DNA of 34,490 nt from Octopus bimaculoides (GCF_001194135.2 NC_068982.1:28899547-28934036), one strand, 5' to 3'; positions 1 to 12,041 are shown, counted from the stretch's first letter. Made by a program: numbers and translations. The notes: generated by a model from the sequence alone, not told the origin.

Positions 1-229
1 TATTATATATATATATAAGAAAAAGGGGGCAATCAGAACTTTGGATACTCGTTAGTAGTGCTTTCGTGCATTCAATAGGACTCTTCAGATATTTTTCTCG
101 GAAAATTTTTCCAGTCTTTTATACAAATCGAAAAGATGTTTTGTTTTGTTTAAAAAAAGGAGAAAGAGAGGAGAGGGGTCTGAAAATATATGTGTGTGTG
201 TGTGTGTGCGTGCGCGCGTGCGCCGCGTG

Positions 230-1065
230 TAGTAAACCACCAATTTAACTGCAACTGCTATGTTCCCCTAGTGGCTAGCAACTTAATCTCCCATCTCCCT
301 CTCTTTCTTTCCTCTCCTATCTTCTCTCCAGTAAATCCGTCTTACTCCCACTTTGATCATTTCACTTCTTATCCTTCTTATTCTGTATAAATGTATAAAC
401 ATGGCTGCGACAATATATTTATTTACAGTAAAGTGACCCCAGCTTAATATTCACTACGATCCTCACCTAAAGTTAGCATCAATCTAACCTAAATTCCCCC
501 GTCTTCCCACCTCTCTCCTTTTCTTAATCTTAACAACTTTAAACAATTTCCCACTCACAAATCTTTTACCTCTTCCTTCTTTTCTATTACCAACCATTTT
601 ATTTCTTCACACTTGTATTTTTCTATTTTTCTCTTTTTCTTTTACTCCGTTCTTCCGGCTTCACCAGTCGTATTAAATTTTATCTTTGGCGAGTTAACTT
701 GGGATTCCATAACCACAATGTAACCTTCATATAACTAAGGTGTCTTGGGCTTGATGAGTAGCTAGTGAAGTATCCCTCGTCGAGTAATTATTATTTCCGA
801 GGATCAGTTAGATGGGAAACATATGTAGCTTGGATTTTACCTGATCCATCCTTCAATTTGGATTTTTATTCGCATTCATATCGACCCTGGTTGTTAACCG
901 TGAACTATAAAAATAACTTCTTTCAGCTTATCGAAATTCGATATGGGAAAAGCCTACAACCTTCTTCGTAATAAACTATTATTGTTCCTAAAGGTTATTT
1001 CTTATACCTACTATCGACTGCTCGGAGACTACTAACTTCTTACATCTAGATCATTGGATCTTACG
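230..1065 (+). mobile_element. Penelope-like retroelement remnant A (pyrimidine-rich UTR, pLTR with hammerhead, start of ORF)
   Basis: 715-865 is clearly homologous to the reverse complement of 24026-24165, which is linked to a GIY-YIG remnant (aatgtaaccttcatataactaaggtgtcttgggcttgatgagtagc vs aatgtaaatttcatattatcaaggcatccttggcctgaagtgtagc; both continue gaaacatatgtag). Downstream frames give FFQLIEIRYGK and YNLLRNKLLL, resembling a PLE ORF N-terminus. Boundaries are approximate. Confidence 0.7.
747..831 (+). ncRNA. Type I hammerhead ribozyme motif, degenerate, long stem II
   Basis: Stem I GGGC (747-750)/GCTT (828-831); core TTGATGA (751-757, C3 replaced by U); stem II includes CCTCG (775-779)/CGAGG (798-802); GAA (816-818); stem III AC-ATAT-GT; cleavage triplet GUA (825-827). 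Confidence 0.7.
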
Positions 1066-1070
1066 TTTAT

Positions 1071-1195
<125 letters not shown>

Positions 1196-1273
1196 CGCGC
1201 GCGCGGATATATATTTATATATATATATACATACATATATGAGTGTGTATGTATGCATGTCTATATGTACATA

Positions 1274-1309
<36 letters not shown>

Positions 1310-1311
<2 letters not shown>

Positions 1312-1455
1312 GGAGTAAGCACATAACTGTGCAACAAGGTGGAAAAAAGAGTACTCAAATACCAGAGGTAGAGTAATATGCCTTATTTAAAAGCAGCAGA
1401 AATATAACAAAAAACTGTTACTCGGAGTTTCACGTTCCCGTTCATCGGACAGCGG
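1310..1455 (-). mobile_element. Penelope-like pLTR fragment C (second family)
   Basis: Carries a compact hammerhead motif on the minus strand, abuts (TA)n, and matches a repeat I recall as common in octopus (gtggaaaaaagagtactcaaataccagaggtagagtaatatg). The PLE origin is inferred from the ribozyme. Confidence 0.55.
1415..1452 (-). ncRNA. Minimal type I hammerhead ribozyme motif with CCGAUGA core
   Basis: Minus strand reads CTGT-CCGATGA-ACG GGAA CGT-GAA-ACT CCG AGT-A-ACAG: stem I 4 bp, stem II 3 bp, stem III 3 bp, GUA triplet. The only core deviation is U4C. Confidence 0.75.
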
Positions 1456-1643
1456 CCATAATATAAGGGTCAGTAAGAACAAGTGTATTGAAATCGTAAC
1501 TAAAGAAGATTTACAACATGTTGAGACTAGATATTTTACACTTATTTAGATATATCTGATATCTATCTTTCGTGAAAATTTCAAGTGAATGGAATAAATA
1601 TTTCGTAAGTCATGAGGAAATAAACAAACAACCTTCCAAATTA

Positions 1644-2308
1644 CTGCGGCTAAAAGTTAAGGGTCACTTAGAAAAAAATGAACTACTAACCGAGGTATTT
1701 GTAGTTTAGAAGACTGTCAATGGGCTAACAATTACTTCTTATCGTCTTACATTACTGAAATATTCAACTGTCAGCATGGCGGCTTGTGAGAGACGACCGG
1801 TGTCTTGTGTTGAAAAACAAAGGATTGTGTTTTCACTAAGAGAGCAAGTCAAATTCTGTGATAACATCTGCTGTATTAAAAGTATTGTGCAACGAATTGT
1901 AGCTCGTTTTAAGTCATCAGGATCGAAAGATGCTAAACCCAAAGGCGGTAGACCTCGTAAAACTTCACCAAGGCAGGATCGTATTATGGTTAGAATGTCA
2001 CAGAAAGATAGGTTTAAGAGTGCTGCTGAGATACCCTGCGAGTTTAGCTCTACTTCCGATATCAACGTATCGTGCAAAACAGTTTCTCGAAGGCTACGAG
2101 ATTCTGGGTTGCTTGCTCGGACACCGGCAAAGTAATCACAAATCTCTAAGAAGAATCAAAGAGCCCATCTTTGATTCACTCCGGAATATGTCGTTTAGAC
2201 AGAAGGAGAGTGGCCGCGGGTTCATTTTAGCGATGAATCGATGTTTGGTGTGATTGGTTCCGATGGTGGGATGTAGGTCTGACGAAGTGGCAAAAGGTTA
2301 CCTCGTGC

Positions 2309-2315
<7 letters not shown>
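1644..2315 (+). mobile_element. Tc1/mariner DNA transposon, decayed, 3' part lost at (TA)n and the gap
   Basis: ORF 1776-2135 has the Tc1 GRPRKT linker and DRxxVR...SxxTVSRRL HTH. The same frame continues through five stops to ISKKNQRAHL...EWPRVHFSDESMFGVIGSDG (first catalytic Asp). The left end is tentatively set at TA|CTGCGGCTAAAAGTTAAGGGTCACTTAGAAA. Confidence 0.9.
1776..2313 (+). pseudogene. Tc1-family transposase pseudogene (DNA-binding domain and start of DDE domain)
   Basis: GGRPRKTSPRQDRIMVRMSQKDRF; FSDES at about 2226-2240; five in-frame stops. Confidence 0.9.
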
Positions 2316-2360
<45 letters not shown>

Positions 2361-2752
2361 NNNNNNNNNNNNNNNNNNNNNNNNNNNNNNNNNNNNNNNN
2401 NNNNNNNNNNNNNNNNNNNNNNNNNNNNNNNNNNNNNNNNNNNNNNNNNNNNNNNNNNNNNNNNNNNNNNNNNNNNNNNNNNNNNNNNNNNNNNNNNNNN
2501 NNNNNNNNNNNNNNNNNNNNNNNNNNNNNNNNNNNNNNNNNNNNNNNNNNNNNNNNNNNNNNNNNNNNNNNNNNNNNNNNNNNNNNNNNNNNNNNNNNNN
2601 NNNNNNNNNNNNNNNNNNNNNNNNNNNNNNNNNNNNNNNNNNNNNNNNNNNNNNNNNNNNNNNNNNNNNNNNNNNNNNNNNNNNNNNNNNNNNNNNNNNN
2701 NNNNNNNNNNNNNNNNNNNNNNNNNNNNNNNNNNNNNNNNNNNNNNNNNNNN
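2361..2752. other. Assembly gap (N run) flanked by (TA)n
   Basis: Seen directly. Other gaps at 5143-5152, 23149-23233 and 31630-31717 also sit at microsatellites. Confidence 1.
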
Positions 2753-2885
2753 TATATATATATATGTATGTATGTATATATGTATATATATATATATATA
2801 TATATGATAGATACATATGTATATATGATACATATATATATATGATATATACATATATATTATATATGATATATATATGTATATA

Positions 2886-2998
2886 TTTTCAGTCATTTGA
2901 CTGCGGCCATGCTGGAGCACCGCCTTTAGTCGAACAAATTGACCCCAGGACTTATTCTTTGTAAGCCTAGTACTTATTCTATCGGTCTCTAAGTTACG

Positions 2999-3001
<3 letters not shown>
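2886..3001 (-). mobile_element. tRNA-derived SINE family A (octopus OK-like), 3' part
   Basis: Reverse complement of the family A tail ggcggtgctccagcatggccgcagtcaaatgactgaaa. Confidence 0.85.
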
Positions 3002-3050
<49 letters not shown>

Positions 3051-4343
3051 CGTGTGTGTTAAATAACCACCTAAAGGATATTAAATATCTAAAGTATTTA
3101 CTGAGTATTTTTGCCTATATGAATAACAATCTTATGAACTACCACTCTTAACATAAATAAAATAAATAAATAAAATAGACATACAATTTATCAATATATA
3201 AATATAAATCAGAAATAGAAATCAAAATAATATATAGAACAACTAATAATTTAATCATTAAATGATAATTTCAATTCAATTTTATTATATACAAACGACA
3301 CATCTCGTAAATTACAGCTGTTTCAATACCATTAATAAAAATAAGTTTCTCAAGAATTATAAAATATCGTTTCAAATATAATGAGGTTTCATCAGATAGA
3401 CATATCTTCTTAAATATCTCACGAAAAATAGCAAATGAAAATTTTTATAACTTCTAATGCTTTTCAAAAACACACTCTTTAAGAGAGAGCTTAATGATTA
3501 ATAAATAATCTAACTGAAATTTCGTAAATTCCTAAATTTATATCTATAACCGATTTTGTTGAAATATAGACGCATATATATATATATATATATACACAGG
3601 CGTACCTATCCATTTTTGTATATATATACATACATACACATACACGTACGTATACCTACATGCATATTCAAGTGCACAAGTTTACTTATTCAACTATATA
3701 TATATATATATATATATATATTTACAACGTGTATACATATACAATTCCATACACACATGTATATATATTTATGGTAAAACATTAGTTTATATATTAATTC
3801 AAATCTAAATAAAACAATTTATGATATAAATCAAACTTACAGTTTATTTAAGTTATAATTTAAAGTAAATATAGGGGAGGAAAAAACTATTTTTCCATTT
3901 TGAAAAACAAAACGAAAAACGAAACCAATTCGATAAGGACAACGAAAAGTAATTTAAATACACACAACAAAACAAATGTAATATAAACAAAACGAAAAAC
4001 GAAACCGACTCCATACGGCCATCGAAAAGTATGCTCTATACGTACATCAAAACTAAAGTAATACCAATACAAACGAAATATCCCAAATATGAATATCGAG
4101 CCAAAACAACAAATTAAACAAGATAAACACGCTATATCTTCATGTATATCACATTCAGTCACTCACCTACATACACATATCGATACATATACTCCCATAC
4201 TCACACATGCACTTAGATATCCACACGTATACATATACGTACACACGCATATATATATATATATACACATATTCATACATACATAAATATACATACCCTC
4301 ACATACATGAGCCAATCCACCCAAAATTTATTATATATATACA

Positions 4344-4730
4344 GGCGCAGGTGTGGCTGTGTGGAAAGTAGCTTGCCTACCAAGCGCATGGTTCCGGGTT
4401 CAATCCCACTACGTGGCACCTTGGGCAGGTGTCTTCTACTATAGCCTCGGGCCGACCAAAACCTTGTGAGTGGATTTGGTAGACGGAAACTGAATGAAGC
4501 CCGTCGTATGTGTCTGTGCATATGTTTGTGTGTCTGTGTTTGTCCGTCTGCCATCGCTTAACAACCGATGCTGGCGTGTTTATGTCCCCGTAACTTAGCG
4601 GTTCGGCAAAAAAACCGATAGAATAAGTACTAGGCTTACAAAGAATAAAACCTGTGGTCGATTTGTTCGACTAAAAGGCGGTACTCCAGCATGGCCGCAG
4701 TCAAATGACTGAAATAAATAAAAGAGAATA
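4344..4730 (+). mobile_element. SINE family A, full length
   Basis: tRNA-like head (tggctgtgtgg A-box-like, ggttcaatccc B-box-like), body and TAAAAGA tail; near-identical to the copies at 18573 and 21198. Confidence 0.92.
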
Positions 4731-5071
4731 CATACATATACATATATATATATATACTTATATACACTTACCCATGTATATATATATATATTATACATAT
4801 ATAGGGAGATGTACTTGCATAGCAAGTAATCTGATCTGAGATCGTGTGCTGAAAAGAAAACAATTGCAGCGTGGAAGGTGTTTATAAGCCTTTTAAGAGA
4901 CACAAAAACCTTTAGATTCACTTCAACATTTAAATTTAATTTGCCAAAATATTTTAGTCGCTTTGAGAACACGACCTGTTCACTGACAAAATTCCGTGCT
5001 CTAGCACTATACATTCTTTATTTCCCCTCCTTGTTTCTTACTGTGTTCCTTTCCTACAACTACATTTATAT

Positions 5072-5108
<37 letters not shown>

Positions 5109-5653
5109 CATACACATATATATATATATACATACACACACANNNNNNNNNNATATATATGTATCATATATATATATATATATATATATGTGTGTATGTA
5201 TATATATATATATGTGTGTGTGTGTATGTATGTATGTATGTATGTATATATTTCGACAATGTAATCCCCACCACTGAAACAGGAAAAGAAGCCCCCACCA
5301 AAACTTTCAGTTTAGTAATCTGATATAGGTATAAAATTGATGGAGACGTAGTTTTAATGATGAACTGTTCGATATATGTAGAGTTGGATTGTAAGTTAAG
5401 TAGATACAAATATGAACAGATAACACTGATATAACATACATATTTTCAGGCTCATTTAGATTCGTTAGATTCCCAACTACGAAATGTATTCGTGTGTTTT
5501 TTTAAAGTGCAACATGCGGTATCGGTAGCATTTTACAACAGGTCAGAGTAACTTACTGAAATACGAAGTTGAGTGCACGCTTTCTTATCGTCAAGGATAA
5601 TTTTCTAGCAAAAGCCATTAAGTGACCTTTAAATATCTCTTGATAGCACTGTG

Positions 5654-6052
5654 TTTACCTGTTTCTGTTATTGGATTGCAGCCTTGAAGGGGTTCCGTTG
5701 AACAAGTCAACTCCATTGCGCATTTTTTTAAAAGCCTGGTACTTATTCTATCAGAATCTTTTGCTGCACCGCCAGGTTACGGGGAAGCAACCAAACTAAA
5801 AGGTATTGAGGAGTCAAACACAGATACAGACATGTGTGTAATACACATAAATACATGCATGAATGTATATGTATGTGTTTTATATACACACACACATACA
5901 TGTCGGATTCTTTCAGTTTTCCTCTATCAAATATCCACTCACAAGGCTTTGGTCGGTCCGAGGTTATACTAGAAGACTCCTGTTCAAGATACCAGTGGGA
6001 CTGAGCCCGGAGCCATGTGGTTGAGAAGCAATCTTCTTACCACACTGGCATG
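5654..6052 (-). mobile_element. SINE family A, diverged full length
   Basis: Colinear with the reverse complement of 4344-4730. Confidence 0.75.
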
Positions 6053-6056
6053 ATTG

Positions 6057-6101
<45 letters not shown>

Positions 6102-6555
6102 TGTTTGTATTATGTATGTATGTATGTATGTATGTATGTATGTATTTGCCTATAGAAAAGATGTCTCTACTAGGGATCACGCTGACCTGTCTTAACCAAA
6201 CATTGACTAAACTTGAAACCGTTCAGAACTGTCATCAACCATGACACAAATTTGAAGCTGCATTTTCGAAGTTTTATCATATAACAATACTATAATATAT
6301 ATATATCTTTTAAACACATAAATACGAGTCGAGGATATGTCGATATATTAATCACAAACACATACAGGACATTTCCATATAAAATACGATTTCTAAGGAA
6401 ATAATACACATGTAATATGAAAATATTTGTAAATATATATAAGTACATTTATTCGTTCATATGTAAATACTTACACACACTCACATAAGCACACACACAT
6501 GTGCGTATACATACATTATTACACACGTTCACATTCACAAGTGTAACGCGACAAA

Positions 6556-6685
6556 TTAGCAGAGTAGTTAGAGAGTCAGAATGCTTTGGAAATATTTGTT
6601 CCGGTTGTCAACGTTCTAAGATCAAATTCAGCTTCTTGCTAATTTTTGCCTTTTGTCCTTTCGAGATCAGTAAACTAACTATGAG
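6556..6685 (+). mobile_element. SINE family B, diverged fragment
   Basis: Resembles the family B head and body (cgttctaagatcaaattc...ttgccttttgtcctttcgagatc). Confidence 0.55.
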
Positions 6686-6757
6686 TCTTGAAATATAGCA
6701 CTAGCCCTTTACTTAGGCCGATCCCGTCTTCTATCTGTCTGTCTTTCCCTCTTTCTT

Positions 6758-6811
<54 letters not shown>

Positions 6812-7500
6812 ATTCTTGAATAAATCGGCTATGGTCAAATCTGGAGAGAATAGTTACCAGCAGGTCTAAAAATATCAAAGACATACTGTGAGACACAACC
6901 ACTATTCTCGCGATCCAGACGTGCGGTCACTATGACATTAAAATGCAAATCGATACGTTTGTGAAAGTACAATGCATGAAGAAAAAAAAAAGGAAAATGA
7001 CCTCCTCTCTCTTTGTTACTCCTATCTAATTCCGAACTGAGTTAATCAACTCACGCATGTTTAGATACAAAAACAGAGAATACGGGCAAAACGAAATAAG
7101 AGTGTTGCCAGGAACAAAAGTACTTTAACATGTCAGGAACATACCATCTTTCCCAGCCATTTTTGTCAAGCAACATATTCTATTCTTGTTCGTGTTTAGC
7201 CCAGTTCCAACTCTGAGCGAGCAAACCAATTCATCACGTCATCTTATTTGCAGAAAAAGTTTATTTAGTAAACCAGACTTATTCTCCATTTATATTTAAT
7301 TTAATTGTAACTCAAATCCCGGTGTTCTCTCCCTTGCTTTTCTTGATCAGAATTAGACATGATTTTTTTCCGGGTCACTAAGGATGTAATTTATATTAAT
7401 TAAAATTTGCTGATTACGTCAAGTATATTACCCTACACGTTATATTATCCGGTTTTCCTTCCCTTATTTTTATGACAGGGGATGTGATTTCAGGAAGACA

Positions 7501-7582
7501 CACACACATACATGTCGGATTCTTTCAGTTTTCGTCTATCAAATATCCACTCACAAGGCTTTGGTCGGTCCGAGGTTATACT
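7501..7582 (-). repeat. SINE family A fragment, near-exact copy of 5889-5970
   Basis: 82 bp with one mismatch to 5889-5970. Confidence 0.9.
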
Positions 7583-7791
7583 TTTTATATTGATTTAGAG
7601 TATTTTAATTTCATAATATTTCACTTTATTGAGTCACTTGTAGTGTCCTTCATTTGTTGACAATGAAAAACAAGTAAAAAAACAAGTAAAACAAGAAATT
7701 TTATCCTTTTTGTCAAACTTGTCCATCTCAGCAAATATTTTCTTGACATAGTGAATAAGATTAAATTTAATAGAACCTTTATCGTATTAAT

Positions 7792-8200
7792 TATCTTGTT
7801 TCAGTCACAAAACTGCGGCCATTGCTGGGGCCGCTGCCTTGAAGAATATTTCGTCGAACAAATCGACCCTTGTACTTATATTTTAAAGCTTGGTGCATAT
7901 TGTATCGGTCTCATTTTACCGAACCGTTAATTTACGGGGAGGTAAACAAACCGACAACTGTGAGGATAAACATAAGCGTACACACACACACACATACACA
8001 CACACGCACGCACACACACGGGCGTACAACACACACGGGCGTACAACACACACATATGACGGGCTTCTTTCAGTTTCCATTAAAGTAGATCCACTCAGAA
8101 TGATTTGGTCTGCCCAGGGCTATAATAGAAGACGCTTGCCCAAAGTGCAAGAAGAGGGACTTAACACTGGACCATGTGGTTGGGAACAAACTTCTTATAC
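7792..8200 (-). mobile_element. SINE family A, diverged full length
   Basis: Colinear with the family A reverse complement, with an internal CA-rich tract. Confidence 0.8.
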
Positions 8201-8835
8201 GCTAAACAGTGCCAAGAGTAAAAAAAAAAGATCTTTAAAAGGAAAGAGCAATGTACGAAGTAAAGGAACACATTAATATTGGACCCAGCTGTCGAAGTCA
8301 AAACTTAGTTACATTGTTATTGTATGCTTTTAATCTGGAATGTTTAATTATACATGGCAATAAAGGTTAAGTTAGAGGCATTGAGTTCTAGTACTATTGC
8401 TTCACAGTATATTATATAAGTATGTAATAGAAAACCTCAAGCTATTTTTACTTCTATGTCTTCCCTAGGCAATCTTCTTTCAACTAGCAAACTTAATTAA
8501 AACCAAATATAGCACGAAAAGAAATTTTAATGAATGTTCTGATCCTGCGTTTGATACACAGAGTAAAAAATTGAATAGAGAAGTGGCATCTTCTTTATTA
8601 CAAGAATAGACTATTGTGGTAATTAAAGAATTCCTTCGTGCGTTAAAGGACTTAGATAGAGAAACCTCACACTTATTCAACTTATTAAATCTTTTAATTA
8701 AATTAGCTAAAATATTAAATGCTTTAATTTGTTAAAATTAAATGCAAACCGAGAAGGATATGACTTGCAGCACAATTTAGTAAACTACCTCACATAATCT
8801 ATTACCTCTTGCAGTAGTAGTAGTAATTATTATCA

Positions 8836-9015
8836 TTTCTAATTTTGGCACCAGGTCAGCAATTTTGAGGGGAGAGGGAAGTCGATTACATCGACCTCAG
8901 TGCTCCACTTATTTTATCGACCTCAGCGGAATTTGAACACAGAATGTAAAGAACCGGAAGAAATGTCGCTTGGCGTTTTGCCCTACGCGTTAACGATCCA
9001 GACAGTTCGCCACTT
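8836..9015 (-). mobile_element. SINE family B
   Basis: Reverse complement of the family B body (gtcgattacatcgacctcagtgc...gcggaatttgaacacagaatgta). Confidence 0.8.
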
Positions 9016-9021
9016 AAAATT

Positions 9022-9200
9022 GCTACAAATTTTGGTACAAGGTCAGGAAATTTAGGGGCAGGGGTGAATCAATTAGTCGATTATATCAACACAGTTCCTG
9101 ACTAGTACTTTATCACCCCACAAAAGGACGAACGACGTGTATTTGAACCCAGAACGTAAAGAGCCAGAAGAAATGCCGTTAAGCATTTTGTCCGAAGAAG
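9022..9200 (-). mobile_element. SINE family B (tandem with the previous copy)
   Basis: Same motifs as 8836-9015. Confidence 0.75.
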
Positions 9201-11339
9201 GCCCATATCCGGTGGATAGTTTACATTTAAAATTTCAGTAATATGTTGTGGAAAGTTTTAATAATTAGTCAGTTGTTCTTTGTAATTTTATCCCGTATGC
9301 TGTTCAATCATCGCTTTGTCCGGATTGTTCTCATGCAAATTCATATATGTGTTCTATTACATCTTTATTGACCTTACTTATTGCAATGATGAACATTTCA
9401 ATCGGGCTGAAGATTAGTTCTTCCTCACATGCGATGGACTTATTTTCGAAGAAGACAGGCTCCTCCTCACCAGAGACGTGCTCATCATCATGAGTCGGGT
9501 TATCTTTCATATGAGATTGTCTCTTCACCGTAGAGCTTTTCCTCTATACAAGTCGTGTACCTCCCACGCTTTCTTATTGTTGATATCTTTGGGTCTTATT
9601 ATTTTTTTGTCTCCCTGTTTTATATATATCACCGCAATTTTGCTGGTCTCTATGGCTGCCGTTCGTTCCTAGTCCTCATAAATGCGCGGAATGGTGCTGC
9701 TTTCAAGAAGGGCTTCCTGGTGATTTAGTTTTTGCTGTTGTTGCAGTTTCAATGAGACATTATCGTCTTCACCAGTTGAGAGTGAGAAATTAGATTCTTT
9801 GGTCTTAGCTCATAGCAATAGGGACTGAGCAATTTCTTTTCACGACTCTGGAGATACGCCCAACATCAAAATCATTAGGCAACTTAGTTTGTTGCTGTTA
9901 TTGTCGTTTTTGTCGCTTTAAGCCTTCTGGGCAGAAAACAGTTATATAACTGGATTTTACTTGCATAATTGTTATAACTAGATCTTTATTCCAGCATACT
10001 AAGCTTTAAAGTCTTCCTCTCAGCACTTTCTACAGGGCGAAAATCCGGACTCATAATGTGTCCAGGAGGCCACATATCGCCGAAAAATTATTATTGATAA
10101 TATTTACCTTTCATCTGCTGGTAATGACCTTAATGTAATGCTACTAATGATGAGAAAACGGAAATCCAGAGTGCTTTCAGACGTTATTAACTAAAGTTCG
10201 ATGGAAATGGAAAAAATAAACAGCTTTTCTTCAGGTGCTAGTTAGACATATTTAAAAAACAAATTCTCTAAAGATAGATTCAGAATACTTACAGAAACTG
10301 AGAGGAAAGCAGTGAGATCATGGTGCATATACACAAATAAACCACGCAGACATGTGTACGCACGCCTGTAGCTATTTTATATATATATAAAGAATACAAG
10401 CACAGTCTTGTCAACAGAGGTGTTTCTTAACCCCATCACAAATGCTGCCCCAAGTGGCAAATATAATTCTTCAAGGAACATATAGGCTGATGTCGACCTT
10501 GATGTTAACACTTATAATGTCTTTGATCAGAGGTCCTGTGAATCTTAGAGCTAAACAATAGCATGCACTAAGAATGAGAGACGAGATGTTTTTGTACCTT
10601 AGTGTGTATATCTATAAGTTGATGTGTAAGTGAATACCAGATTCCGTTAACACAGATCAGCTCATTTTATTCAATTAGACCGTTATTCCCACTAGTATTA
10701 ACTATGTAAATTCCCAAACGAATGTTATCATAACTGTTGTCTAATTATATATGCCATAAACAAATTATTTTCTACAAAATACGTCCTACACGTGTTATAA
10801 AGATCTCTGATTTTTACCACCTGTCTTATTGCTATATCAAACCCGCAACTTATTTAATTATCTTGATTATTACACAATGCCGCTTGCAACTGTTTAATAT
10901 TTCGTGAAAAATAATATCAATTACACAGTATCATTTCTGTAAGAACTTCGCACTTTCAATAATATCATCTAAGCATGTTACATCATATTCTTCACCCTAA
11001 AAGCAATAAATATTAACATTGTTAAGACACGCATGTTGCTAAGCATAACACTAAACAAGTATATGATAAAGATAACAGTATGAAGTCGTACTTCAAGCAA
11101 TTTCATTAATGTATTTGTTTCTAAATAAGATAAGTAAAAGCAAAATTAACATTACATTGTAATTGTTTAATGTAAGACAGTTATTTTTGACTTCACAATA
11201 CATGATTCATTACTAAAATATTTGTTTCGCAACTTGCTTGGAACTTTCATAATATAAACATGTCAGTATATACGTACGTACAAACAAGTACAAATATATA
11301 CATACATATATACGTATCTGTCTATCTGTCTCTCTCTGA

Positions 11340-11418
<79 letters not shown>

Positions 11419-11980
11419 TATATGACACATTTATACATATGTATGTATATTATGTATATATGTATCTATATGTATGTATGCATACATGTATGCATGTACT
11501 ATATATGTATATATACACACAAACACAGACACGCATACATATCTATGAGTGTGTATGTGTTAGCTAGTCACTGCTTCTGAACATTTTTCACCGCGTACGA
11601 TGATTCATTCCATCGTTACTCTTCGAGTTGCTCATAACATGCAGGCATACATAGCAACGGTGCGAATCAACAACACATCTAACAAATAAAGACGAGTTTT
11701 TTTTTTTTGAATACTCATTTTCCCGCTTGTGCATCCAAATAAGACGATAAAACAGGTAGAAAAAAAATCATCAAACGTGTTTCTTATGGAAAATTATTTG
11801 CATATTGCATTTATATCTGGCAACTGGTGGTAGCATTGATTTGGGCAAAACAATATGACTGTCACCAAAACTAATTTAAGTATTTAAGTAATTTGAGATA
11901 CTCTCTAAAAGGAGAATTATGCATACACGCACTTTCATACAAACTTATGCAATATGTTTATCATAGACTTTCCTACATAT

Positions 11981-12035
11981 TCTTTTACTTGTTTCAGTCA
12001 TTTTAACTGTGGCCATGCTAGAGTACCGCCCTTAA
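11981..12035 (-). mobile_element. SINE family A, 3' tail only
   Basis: Minus strand reads tttaagggcggtactctagcatggccacagttaaaatgactgaaacaagtaaaaga. Confidence 0.85.
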
Positions 12036-12041
12036 AGTATA

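Noticed and set aside
5334-5486. Two mini-exons (donor GTAAGT near 5390, ~60-bp intron) giving YKIDGDVVLMMNCSIYVELDCSFRFVRFP, reminiscent of a Cys-loop receptor C-x6-FP
   Set aside because: Weak first acceptor, wrong DG-to-Cys spacing and no D-x-Q-x-C; consistent with chance.
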